Shown here: one piece after another, positions 42,326 through 54,717 of the stretch
How the letters are laid out: every line of letters starts with the position of its first letter
How positions within the stretch are numbered: the stretch's first letter is position 1
Virus record (IMG/VR): IMGVR_UViG_3300011005_000048
Span: 99,401 to 163,400 of that record
DNA: 64,000 bases
From: a virus
Strand: one strand, 5' to 3'
The notes under the pieces: generated by a model
What the model saw: only the letters and a program-made list of their open reading frames with translations
What the model was told of the DNA's origin: nothing
The model's database searches: none
Translations under genes and position numbers: made by a program

Positions 42326-44151
42326 ATGGGCTCATTTGATTTATATGTAAGCAGAAAAAACCAAGCTAAAGAAAATAATTATAAATTAGAATTATTTGAA
42401 ACTATATCAAAAAATACTGAAGTTGCAAATATGTCAGCAATTAAAAAGTATTTTAATCGATTATATGATAATTCTGATTTTAATTCTTTTAGTGTTAATC
42501 AATCATTACAAGGTATATATGCTGCAGAACCTACCAATAAAATAAGAAGATTACAAGATTATCGTGCAATGAGTACATTTCCAGAAATTGCATCAGCATT
42601 AGATACAATTTGTTATGCTGCAGATAGTCCGGATGAAAATAATCAATTAGTTACCGTTAAAGTTAAAAATAAAAATCTTGAAGGTAGAGATATAGAAGAT
42701 ATAAAAGAAGCAGCACAAGAATATTTAGATTTATTTGATTTTGATAATAATTTTATTGAATATTTTAGAAAACTATTAGTTGATGGTCAATTATGCTGGG
42801 AAAATGTTGTCGCAAAGGATGATTTAGAACAACGGAATAATTGATATTAATTTTATACCCGCTGATGCATTTGAATTTTGTTATGATACAGAATTAAAAA
42901 CTAAAATGCGGAATAATGATTACTAATGTTGTTGCTAATATGTATAATATTGCTACTAGAAATGGTATAACAAATATTCCAGCTGGTCCTATTAATGTTG
43001 GTGGTGATTTAAGTAGATTAAATTGTTATCAAGATTTACAAGATGAAAAGGTATTAGTACTTCCATTTGAACAGTTAACATATGTAGATAGCGGTATATA
43101 TAGTGCTGATAGTAAAGTTGTATATTCACCATTAGAAAGAGCTAGAAGAGCATATAATCAATTATTATTGATTGAAGATGCAATATTAATTTATCGTATG
43201 GTGCGTGCTCCTGAAAAATATGTATTTAATGTAGATATTGGCAAAATGAGCATGTCTAAAGGACAACAAAAAGTTGCACAATTGATGAAACAATTTAATA
43301 CAAAAAAGACATATGATCCTGCTACAGGTACTATTGGTAAAGTATATGATCCTATGCAAATGACAGAAAACTTCTGGTTTGTAAAAGGTGCTGATAGTGA
43401 AGGTATTACAGTAAATACATTAACTAGTGCACATAATTTTGGTAACTTAGATGATTTGGAATATTTCTTAAAGAAATTATATAGATCATTGAACATTCCA
43501 TTAAGTAGATATTTTGAAAGTAATGTAGAAATAAAAACAGGAAGTGCTGAAAGTAATATAAGTGCTGAAGAATTAAATTTTGCTAAATATATTATTAGTC
43601 TACAAAAACGTTTTGCATTAGGTTTGTTAAATGGTTTAATTGTTCACTTAAAATTCAAAGGTTTATGGGATTTATACAAATTAACAAGAAGTGATTTAGA
43701 TGTTATATTTACACCACCAGTAGAATATCAACAATATAGAAGAGCAAAACTTTTAACTAGTAAATTAGATATGTTAAAAGGTGTTCTTGGTGAAGAAATA
43801 ACTACTAAAATATTTAGTGAATCATATGCCTTAGAATATTTTATGGGTTGGGATAAAGATCGTATTGAACAGAATAAACAAGAACGTTTCCAAGAACAAA
43901 TTAGAAGAGCTAAAGAAGAAGCAATTATTGAACAAATTAAAAAGACTGGTTCAATTGATAATACAAATGAAGAAGCTGGTATATCAGAAAAATTAAAAGA
44001 TATTTTATTAAAAGATATAGAACAGTCAAATACTGAAGAAACATCATCTGATGATTCAACATCCTCCGAAGATGAATTTGACTTTGGTGGAGATGAGGAG
44101 GACTCTACTGAAGAAACTACTGAAGAATCAGGAGATGAAATTAGCTTATGA
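42326..44151 (+). CDS. Portal vertex protein (T4 gp20-like), two CGG +1 sites
   Basis: ORFs 42326-42844 and 42916-44151 join through CGG 42833-42835 and 42909-42911: '...KDDLEQ-G-IIDINFIPADAFEFCYDTELKTKM-G-IMITNVVANMYN...'. 'YFRKLLVDGQLCWE', 'RAPEKYVFNVDIGKM', 'QKRFALGLLNGL' fit gp20. Confidence 0.85.
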
Positions 44152-45291
44152 AATATTCATCAGATGAACCATATATAAATCGGTATAGGTGTTTTAAATT
44201 TTAATATTGAAACGAAAAATTCTGATTTATCTGAATTTTATTTACCAAATACTCCAATAGTTGACTATAGTGATGATGATCCTTTTACGGCAAATGGTTG
44301 GTTAAATGGCGTAGATCATATTGAATGTTATATTAATACTATTGATATTGTAAATCAAACACTTCCATTATTATTTAGTGTAGATGGTATATCAGCAAGT
44401 GGAATAAGTATTTGTAATAATATTAACCATAATTATAGTGATTGTAGTGGATATGTATGTGGATATATTTATGGTGATATAAATAATAAAACATGTTATG
44501 GTACATTAAATGGTACTTTAACTAATTATACATTTAATCAAAATATTCCAATTTTTGGTACAGTATCTGGAACATTAAATCAAGATAAAACATTTGTAAA
44601 TGCTGATGTATATTCTTATGGATGTCCATCTGGATATACAATATCTATTAAAAATATTTCTGGAACATTTTCAAATGTCGAACCATTTTTAGTATCTAAA
44701 TCACATGTATTAGATATTAAATCAGTTAATACCTTAGGCAGGAAGAGTTTAAGTGAAGAACATTCACTTTTTGGTGAAAATTTAAATAAAACATCACGAA
44801 ATTTAGATGATTATGACCAATATGCAAAAGAAAAATGGCAATTAGTAGAATATATTAATGAATACAATATACCATTACCTGTTGAACAACCATTACCAGA
44901 TAATATTAATATTAAATCAGCACCATCAACTACTAATTCTAATGCTAATAGATTATTATTGGCTTCACCACGTTATATTAGAACTATGAATAATCTACAA
45001 ACAAATTCAATATCTGAATCAGATATAACCGAACAAAACTCTAATCAAGAAGATATAAATGTATATTGTGGATATTTAATTGATGATACAATTATTATTA
45101 AAAAATATAAATCAACAGATATAATAGATAATAATAATTTATTAATTGGTCCAATGGAAAATTTTGAAAAAATAACTTATGATATTTTAAGTTATATAAA
45201 TAATAGTAATAAATTGTATGAACAAATATCTGAATTTAAATATAAATTAATAGATCATTATTATATGGAAAAAGAAGAGCATGAGCAATAA
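44148..45291 (+). CDS. Structural/hypothetical protein, one CGG +1 site near the start
   Basis: ATG 44148 overlaps the portal TGA; MKYSSDEPYIN then CGG 44181-44183; +1 frame is open to TAA at 45291. Confidence 0.7.
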
Positions 45292-46289
45292 TATGTATAA
45301 AAAGATAATTAAATATGGAAATATACAAGATAATTATTTAGTAGATTTTCCTCAACATATTTTAACTACAGAACAAAATATGTATTCTTTAGAAATTGGT
45401 AATGGTTTTACTTTTATTTTAAATATACCAGAAAATATATCTAATTATATATTTTGTTTACCACTAGTAAATGTAGATTCAACTCAATATAAATATGATT
45501 TTGTTGTTGATTGGGGTGATGGCACTACAAACAAAATAACAAATATAACTGATATTAATAAATCGCATATATATGTATCTGGCGGAATATATACTGTTTC
45601 AATAGTTGGTAATTGTTATGGTTTTAATAATAAATCATATTATGAAAAACATATAGATGGTATAAGTGGGCATAATTATTGGGAATATTTAACAGATATT
45701 GTTAATTGGGGTAATTCTAATTTATCATTATTAAATTATCGGATTTTATAATGCTATAAAATTATCAGGATTACCAAATTCAGAATTTTCGCCAAATACC
45801 TTAAAGGCTTCACATTGTTTTGATAATTGTTCATCTCTAACAACTTTACCAAATAATTTTAATTTTAATAATAATTTAATAGATATTTCTTATATTTTTC
45901 AAAATACCAAATTAACAAATTTATATAAAAATCATATTAATTTACCATCAAATTTAAATGAAACTGGTGCTAATGGTATTTTTAAAAATTGTACCGATTT
46001 AGTAGAAATAGATTCAACTGTTAAATTACCAAGTACTTTTAAATCAATAGCTGAATTATTTCAAAATTGTTCAAACTTAAATTGTGATATAACTAATTTT
46101 TTCCCAACTACTATATTAACTAATGATATTGATATATCCAATATGTTTGATGGTTGTATTAATATATCTGGAACCGTTCCAAGTTATTTATATACTGATA
46201 AAAACATAAATGTAAATGGTATCCATGCATTTAAAGGATGCAATAAATTAAGTAATTATGATTTATTACCATCAAGTTGGACTAATTAA
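45281..46289 (+). CDS. BspA-like/DUF285-like protein, one CGG +1 site
   Basis: CGG 45740-45742; '...LSLLNY-G-FYNAIKLSGLPNSEFSPNTLKASHCFDNCSSLTTLPNNFNF...' to TAA 46287-46289. Confidence 0.75.
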
Positions 46290-46295
46290 AAATAA

Positions 46296-46514
46296 TTACT
46301 TTTTTTTAAAGTAAATCCATTTAAAATGTCTATTTAAAAAAGCAAATATAGATATACTTAATAAAAAAGAAAAGGTAATAATTAACCAAACTATATTTAA
46401 TACAATAGCAAATAATAAACTTGATAAATAAATTGGTATAGCATTATTTGAATAAGTATTTTGACGAATCAAATTTGCTAATTCTAATTGTTGTTTTTCT
46501 TGAGTAGTTTTCAT
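46296..46514 (-). CDS. Small predicted membrane protein
   Basis: 'IPIYLSSLLFAIVLNIVWLIITFSFLLSISIFAFL'. Confidence 0.45.
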   Translation of the reverse strand: MKTTQEKQQLELANLIRQNTYSNNAIPIYLSSLLFAIVLNIVWLIITFSFLLSISIFAFLNRHFKWIYFKKK

Positions 46515-46588
46515 AAAATATTAAAAATCCTTTAATTAAAAATAAATATATTTATAATAATTGAATATATTATAGGATTAATATAATT

Positions 46589-47327
46589 ATGGATATAAGA
46601 AATGTAAGTGAACAACATAGAAAAAAATATTTTTATACAGTATTATTTTTGAATGATTATTTTCCTCCAAAACCGGAACCAACTCCACAACCAACAGAAA
46701 CAAAAGTATTTGATATAACAAAAGATATTTGTACCAGTGATGTTAAATGGAGGGATGAAAATACATTATGGGTAAGACATGGTTTACAATTACCAATAAC
46801 ATTAGAAATGTGGGATGATACTGGTAAACCTATATTTTATTGCCCTATACTAAAAGATGATATTGATAGTTTAAGTATTGGTGAAATTGTTAAAGAATCT
46901 AATACATCATTATTATTAAATTTTGAAAATTTAGTTAAACCTACTGGTGACAAAGTATATAAATTTGCATTAAGATCACTCCCTATGTTTGATTTAAAAA
47001 ATCAAATATATACTCTTCCACAATTACCATTAGATGAAGAAGTTACAGAAAATAAAACTGGATTGGCAGTAATCTTTAGAAGATATAGTTTAGATTCACT
47101 ATTTGATTTAATTGCTCAATTTGATGAAAGCTATTGGCACACATTAGAACAAAATTTTGATTTACAATATTTAACAAAAAAATCTTGTTACAAAAATTGT
47201 TTCTTTGCTTGTAAATATACAAATAATTTACAAGATGCTGTAGATTTGATTAATCCTACCAAATATGAAATAAAATTTAGTTGGGATAATGTTAAAGATC
47301 GGATATCAAAATCCAATATATTTATAA
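46589..47327 (+). CDS. Hypothetical phage protein, CGG +1 site near the C-terminus
   Basis: CGG 47300-47302; +1 gives ...NVKDGYQNPIYL*. Confidence 0.5.
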
Positions 47328-47964
47328 AATATATTTAACTATTATATTTAAATATTATAATATGTATTTAAAAATAGATTTGAATTTATTTTATAAATTG
47401 TTATATAATAACATATTATATATAAACAATTTTGAGAAAAAACAAAATAAATATATTTAACAGAAAACTAATAAATTATTTACTTTAAATATAAAATGAA
47501 TATAATAACTTTACCAATACAACAAATTATACTTTAGCTATTGATGAAACTAATAAACTTTATTATAAAATAAATAATAGTTTATCTGCAGAATATTTTG
47601 CAATAGCAGCAGATGCAGATGTAGATTTATCTAATTATTATAATATTGAACAAACAAATTCTTTATTAGATAATAAAGAAAATACAACAACATATTCTTC
47701 GGTTGACATTGATAACATAGTATTATCTAGTAATATGTATATATATAATACACGTAATATAGGTCGTATAAATATATATATTCCAAGTACATTAGTAAAT
47801 GCTGTATGTAGATTTAAGACATATACAAACCAATTTACAACATATAATATTACATATGATAGTAACATGGAAATAAATAAACCATTTAACTTTGAACCTG
47901 GAAAAACTTATATAATTAGTGTTAATTATACAACAATTTTATGGAATGAATTAGTTACACAAAT

Positions 47965-50900
47965 ATGAATAAATTGATTTTTTACTTACATCTGACAGAT
48001 ATTACGAAGATTATTTTACATTAACTGCTATTGAAGATAATAGTACAGTTAAAATAGTTGAAAATGAATCTAGTATAAGTGCTAAATTTAGAACTGATAC
48101 ATCTTTACCATTTAATGATTATACCGCTGGTGATACTATAACATTAAATTCTCGGTGAATATGTGCAATTTATTGATTTGGATAATAATGATAATAATAC
48201 ACTTTTATCATATAATGCTACATTTTGTCAATTTGTAATGACTGGTAAATTTAATAGTTCAGGAACATTATATTCTGATTTAGGTAAAGCAAAATGTTTT
48301 ATGTCTTTATTTAAAGATTGTACAAGTTTAATTACTGGGCCAAACATTTATGTTAAACTCGGCAATAATCAATATTTGAATAATACATTTCAAGGTTGTT
48401 CTAATTTAGTTTCTATTGGTAATTTATTATTGGCTGAAGGATTTGGTGCATTTGCTAATACATTTGCTGATTGTTATAAATTAAAATATATTGGATATAT
48501 TAAGATATTTTCTAAAACACCAATTCGTACTGGTAGATGTGGGTTTGAAGGTATGTTTAAAAATTGTTATTCATTGGAAAAAACTCCAGAATTTGTAAAT
48601 GCATGGACTACTGGTTATGATTCAAATCTATTTAGCGAAACATTTAAAGGATGTAGTAGTTTAGTCGATGTTACATCAATTAATAATTCAATACTAGAAA
48701 ATATAGATAAATCTTTGCCAAGAAATTCATTTGTTAGTACATTTGAAGGTTGTACAAGTTTAACTGGAGGAATTGATTATTTACCTCACACTAATAGTTT
48801 TTCTATTTTTGCGGATAATTCAACATTTAAATCAATGTTTAAAAATTATACTTCATTAAAACAAATACCAAAAATAGCAGATAATGGAATACCAATTACC
48901 GGAAAATTAAATGTATCAACATTTGAATCAATGTTTGAAGGTTGTATAAGTTTAACAGAATATGATATTGGATTTAATAAAATTTGTCCAACAAATTCTG
49001 AAAACAATAGATTGGAAAATACATTTTATAATATGTTTAAAGATTGTACTGGATTAACTAATGTAGATTTAAATATAGATTTTAGTTCATTATCAAATTT
49101 AGCTAATAACCAATCATGTAATAAAATATTTTCTCAAATGTTTCAAAATTGTACATCATTATCTTCAGTTAATGTAAATATTAAATTAAATATTCCACTG
49201 AGTGCTAATGCAGAAACAACAAAAAACACACTTAAAGATTTTTATAATAGAATGTTTGATTCATGTACAGAATTAAAATATGCTAATATAAATATAGAAC
49301 ACACAGGACAAACTTATAGTGGTGGAACAAATTTTTATAATACATTTAATTATTGTTCAAGTTTAATATCAGCAACATTAAATGTTGATAACGAAGATTT
49401 AATGACAATTAATAATGTAGAATTTCATCAAACATTTAGAAATTGTTATAATTTAACTACTGTTGATTTCAATGTAAATTATAATAATGAAATATCTGGT
49501 GCAAATTTTGCTGATATGTTTGCTAATTGTTATGCATTAACTGGTGGTAATATTAATTTACCAGTAACTAAAAATATTGCTAAACAAGCATATTGTACTA
49601 CTTTTGCTAATTGTAGTTCATTATTAGAACCACCAACATTTATTTGTAATACTGATGTATTAACAATTGGTGAAAGTGCGTTTGATAATACATTTAAAAA
49701 TTGTTATTCATTACAAACTGCACTAAATATTATAACAGGAAATGTTCAAAATATTGATAAATGGGCATTTTTTCAAACATTTAACAATTGTTACAGTTTA
49801 ACCGGTGGTATGGATATATTGCCAATAGCACCAACTATAAGTGGTGATAGAACATATTATCAAATATTTAATAATTGCAGTAGTTTATTATATTCACCGG
49901 ACATTAAACCATTAGAAAATAATGAAGATATTCAAATATTAGGTGCCGGAACATTTAATTCTGCATTTCAAAATTGTAAAAATTTATTAACAACACCCAG
50001 TTATTTACCTGTTGGAATAATAAATCAATATAATGCTAACTATCGGTGGAATTTATTCAAGTGTATTTAATGGTTGTACAAGTTTAACTACATTACCTAA
50101 AGTTATTAGTGGTAAACCGGAATCTATTTCAAACATATTTTATAATATGTTTAAAGGATGTACTAGTATAGTTAATGGTATTGAATTAATAGATTTATCA
50201 CAAGGCACAATTTCTTCATTAGCATCTGATATGTTTAGATCAATGTTCCAAAATTGTACAAATTTATTAGAAACACCAACAATTAAATTACCATCAACAT
50301 TAATATCTATAGGTGCTGATGCCTTTAGAGAAATGTATAATGGATGTACAAATTTGATTAAAGCAAATAATATTATAATTGAAAATTCACAATTAGAAAC
50401 AATTAATAATGAAAGTTTTTATCAAATGTTTAATGATTGTACATCACTAATAACTGGACCTAAATTTAATATATATGATATTAATAATCCAATATCTACT
50501 ATTGGAACATATGTATTTTATAGAACATTTTATAATTGTACAAGTTTAACTGGTGGAATAGATTATTTACCAAATGCAGCAAGAATTAAAGACCAATGTT
50601 ATAGAGAAACATTTAGAAATTGTACTTCATTAATTCAAACACCACAATTTACTAATTTAGATATAATAAATTATATAGAAAATAGAGGTGTAAATAGTAC
50701 TTTTAATAATTGTACAAGTATTACAAGTGGTATTGAATTACCAAGTGCTGCATTAGGAAATCGAATGGAATATTATTACTTATATGAAAAATGTAATTCA
50801 TTAAACTATGTGAAGGTTAATTTTACAGCATGGAAAGGAAACAGTACACAAGGATGGTTTGCGAATAATACATCAAAAAATGGTACATTTGTTTGCCCGG

Positions 50901-50995
50901 CTGCATTACCTCAAACTAGAGGAGTAAATAATATTCCTAATGGTTGGACAATACATAATCCTGATGGTGGTTCAGATTATGATCCTGATTTTTAA
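47965..50995 (+). CDS. Large BspA-like/DUF285-like repeat protein, two CGG +1 sites
   Basis: Upstream segment '...RYYEDYFTLTAIEDNSTVKIVENESS...TLNS' joins at CGG 48153-48155 to ORF 48163-50070, which joins at CGG 50044-50046 to ORF 50033-50995 ('NANY-G-GIYSSVFNGCTSLTTLPKVISG'). The exact start is uncertain. Confidence 0.7.
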
Positions 50996-51098
50996 TTAAA
51001 TATATTTCGAAAATATATTTAAACAATTAATTAATAACTTATATTTTATAAATAATATCAAAATATTGAAATAATATATACATGTGTTTTGAATTAAA

Positions 51099-52489
51099 TT
51101 GTTAAAAGGTTTAGATATATTTAAATTACAATCAGATGATGATATTGAACAACTGTACATCGAATTAAATAAAAATTTATTAAAATATAATAATCAATAT
51201 TTTCATTTTAATGAATTAAATTTAATAAAATATTTAAAAAATCCAAATAATTCAACCAAATATAGATTTAATAGATTTAAACGTAATTGGGAAAATTTTA
51301 ATAGTCATAAACAATTATTATATCATTGGTTTAAACACGGAGAAAAAAACAAATATCCACAAATATTTAATACCACCGACCGTATATGTATAACCGAGGT
51401 AACAATTGATTATCAACAGATACTAGAAGAAATAAATGTATTAAAAATCAATAAACAGAATATTAGTTATGCATATATACAAATAATTACTAAATTAGTT
51501 AAGGAAATCATATATAATAAAGTATTAAATATGTATCAAATTTTATTATGTGATGTTGATATATTAAATAATACAATAGATGTACAATATAAAAACACTC
51601 AATTAGATAAAAATTATACTAAACAATACAAGTTAAATAAATTCCTTTTTAAATATCAAAAAATTTATCCAGAACATTATAAACAGGTTAAAGCCAAATT
51701 AATAGTAAGTAAAAATTGGCAAGATATATTTTTAAGTAGTACATTTAAACAATGGTTATCTTGTATGAATTTAATTAATACATATAAAGATCACAAGATT
51801 AAATACAGTAATGAAAATTATGTGAAAAGCGGTGGATTAATTGCATATTTGATTTTAGATTTAAACGATGGAAAATCTATAGACGATATTATGGATGATA
51901 ATGGATTTGAACGGATTATGTTATCAACGTACTATTTGGAGATGTCATATAAAACGATTAGTTAATCAGAAAAATAAAAATGATTATTTGTTTTTAGCTG
52001 AAAATACAACATATCGGTAATAAAATTCAAAGTGCAATTACATATAATAATAAATTGTTTACCATATTAAACGATTGGTTATATCAATTAAATAAATCTA
52101 TTATATTACCTTTTAATTCTAAAGAATTATTTAAAAAATATGTATTTACTGAAAAGATATATAGTGATATATTTTGTTTAGAAAAAACTAAACCGTCATT
52201 AACCTTTTATAATATAGACTTATTACAAAAAATAAAAGATAAATTAACTAATAAAAATATACAAAAAATAATTAAACAATGTAATAAAAATATAGAATTA
52301 TTAACATATGATATATTAGCATTATTAAATATATATAAACATTTTAGTGAAGATTTTGTTGCAATAAAATATTTAAAAAATAAAGGTATGGTATTTGATA
52401 ATAAAACATATATTTATGAATTATATTTAAATAAGAAACATATTTGGTTAGAAAATTATTTTAAAGTTTTAAATATTTTAAACAATTAA
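51099..52489 (+). CDS. Accessory protein, family A-like, two CGG +1 sites
   Basis: CGG 51912-51914 and 52015-52017; '...DDNGFE-G-LCYQRTIWRCHIKRLVNQKNKNDYLFLAENTTY-G-NKIQSAITYNNKLFTILNDWLYQ...' joins ORF 51099-51965 to 52055-52489 in phase. Confidence 0.75.
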
Positions 52490-52491
52490 TT

Positions 52492-53587
52492 ATGAACAAA
52501 TTTAATCAGTTATGCAATCAAATAATTACTGAAATAAAATATAGAGATATTTCACAAATAAATATATTGAATAAATCTATACCTACAGAAGAGTATGATG
52601 GTTTATTATTTGAAGATTGTGCATTTCACAAATTACCTAGACAATTTGCAGATAAACTGATAAATGTTATTAAAACAATGAAAGAAAATAAACAGGTTGA
52701 ACAAGAAATAGATATTAGAAATTATTTAAAATTAATACAAAAAGATGAAGTTCATAATTTTGATCAATTTTTTGAATTTATTCAACTATTAATTAATAGT
52801 ACTGAAGAAAAAATATTAACAATACAACTAACAAATAATGAAAATAGTTTTACTGAACCAATTGAATTGTATGAATTATCGAATCAACAATATGGTAAAC
52901 CATTTAAAGATGAACCATATAAAGATAGTTTAATTAAAAAAATTAAAAATAAATCATTGTCTAATGCATTAAAAATAATGAAAGAAAATATAAATCAATT
53001 AACTAATTTAGGAACTATTAAAATTAACATTAATACAATTACTGATGATAACTTTGAATTTGATAATGAGGATACAATTATAGGTCATGAAATAAGACAT
53101 TTTATTATATTTTTACAACGTTTGAGTAAAACTAATTATGAAGTGTGTAAACATTATTCAAATCAAAATATAAATTTTAATCCAAATTATCCGGATAGTA
53201 AAAGTTATTTTCTAAATGAAGATGAATTTATTACAATTTCATCTACATATATAGAAAGATTAATTAATATATTTTTAAAATATAAACGATCAGCAAAAAT
53301 ACAAGAAATAAATTTATTAATAAAATCTATATTAGTAAAAACTCGGAAAATATGATATTAATGAATTAAATAATGATTTATATTGGTATAATATTTTAGA
53401 TACTAACATTTTACAAATAAATGATATTATTTTATTTTTTAAAGAAATATTAGATGATAGTAAATATATAATATTATGCAGTAATAATAAAAATAAGTTT
53501 AAACCATTAATTGGTTGGACATATAATTCATTTTTAGAAAAAAATAAAAGAGTTAAAAACAAAAAATTGAATTATTTTAATAAATAG
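52492..53587 (+). CDS. HExxH putative metallopeptidase-like protein, one CGG +1 site
   Basis: 'TIIGHEIRHFIIFLQRL'; leader MNKFNQLCNQIITEI; CGG 53344-53346 and +1 adds 80 codons (GKYDINELNNDLYWYNIL...). Confidence 0.6.
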
Positions 53588-53704
53588 TTAATGAAAGAAA
53601 AAGATTTTAGTTGTTATAATGATATAAAACTAAAATAAAAATAAATGAATGCCTTAATAAGAAGGATTCAAAACAAAAAACTTATAATGTAAAGGAGTTT
53701 AATT

Positions 53705-54211
53705 ATGAGTAATGAAGTAAGTGTATTTAATCGTTTCCCTCGTTTATTTCCAACAGTATTTGAAAAGGATTTTCTTTCTGGTGGAATCTTTGATGAAATT
53801 GAAAAAATGTTTTCAAATCCAAAACTTCGTCAAATTAGTGTATATCCAACTGATATTTATAATGAATATATTGACGGTAAAGTAATTAATACAGTAATTG
53901 AAATTGCTTGTGCTGGATTACAAAAAGAACAATGTAGTGTACAAGTGGAAAATGATACATTAATTGTTGAACTTGGTTTACAATTAGAAGATGCACAAGA
54001 AGAAGAAAAAAATATAAAAGAACCGGTTGTTCATCGTAAGTATATTCAAAACCAAATTGCTGGTAGATCATCTAGTATATCATGGAGATTAAGTGATAAT
54101 GTTGATAAGAATAACATTAAGGTAAAATATCAAGATGGTATTTTGCAAATTAAATTACCAATGTTAACAACTAAAGAAGAACCAAAATCAAAATATTTAG
54201 CTATTGAATAA
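53705..54211 (+). CDS. Small heat-shock protein (Hsp20/alpha-crystallin), T4-like
   Basis: 'VINTVIEIACAGLQKEQCSVQVENDTLIVEL...SSISWRLSDNVDKNNIKVKYQDGILQIKLPM'. Confidence 0.85.
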   Translation: MSNEVSVFNRFPRLFPTVFEKDFLSGGIFDEIEKMFSNPKLRQISVYPTDIYNEYIDGKVINTVIEIACAGLQKEQCSVQVENDTLIVELGLQLEDAQEEEKNIKEPVVHRKYIQNQIAGRSSSISWRLSDNVDKNNIKVKYQDGILQIKLPMLTTKEEPKSKYLAIE

Positions 54212-54248
54212 TAGTTAATAGTTAATAATTAATAATTTAAATAACAAC

Positions 54249-54292
54249 TTAAAATCTTTTAGGTCAGATTTAAATCTGACCTTTTTTAGTTA
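54249..54292 (+). terminator. Intrinsic terminator
   Basis: TTTTAGGTCAGATTTAAATCTGACCTTTTTTAG. Confidence 0.7.
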
Positions 54293-54324
54293 TTTTAAAT
54301 ATATTAAATGTAAAAGGATTTAAC

Positions 54325-54705
54325 ATGGCAATATCTCAACAACAATTAGTAAAAAATAGAATACAAAGTGGTGATATAATTAATTTTTTTGATTGTTTAA
54401 CTGATATATTAATGAAATATAGTGGTGGAGAATTGGTTAAATCAAAAGAATTTAAAAAGTATTTTAGTAGTTATATGTTATGTCGATATATATCTATGAG
54501 AGAATCTTTAATTAAATATGCTGAATACTTAAATATAATGCAAACTAAATTGACTGCAGAACAATTATATATTTTAGCATATAAATTAATACCAAAACAA
54601 TCAACAGGTTATATAAGATATATTAAAAGCAATAAAAAAGAAGAAAAAAATAATGAAGAAAAAATAAATAATAATAACGTAAATACGATTTTATTTGATA
54701 TATAG
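54325..54705 (+). CDS. Hypothetical protein
   Basis: 126 aa ORF. Confidence 0.5.
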   Translation: MAISQQQLVKNRIQSGDIINFFDCLTDILMKYSGGELVKSKEFKKYFSSYMLCRYISMRESLIKYAEYLNIMQTKLTAEQLYILAYKLIPKQSTGYIRYIKSNKKEEKNNEEKINNNNVNTILFDI

Positions 54706-54717
54706 GAATATAAATAT

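Noticed and set aside
48358-48363. CGG string in AAA CTC GGC as a shift site
   Set aside because: It is out of phase; the surrounding ORF (VKLGNNQYLNN) is continuous.
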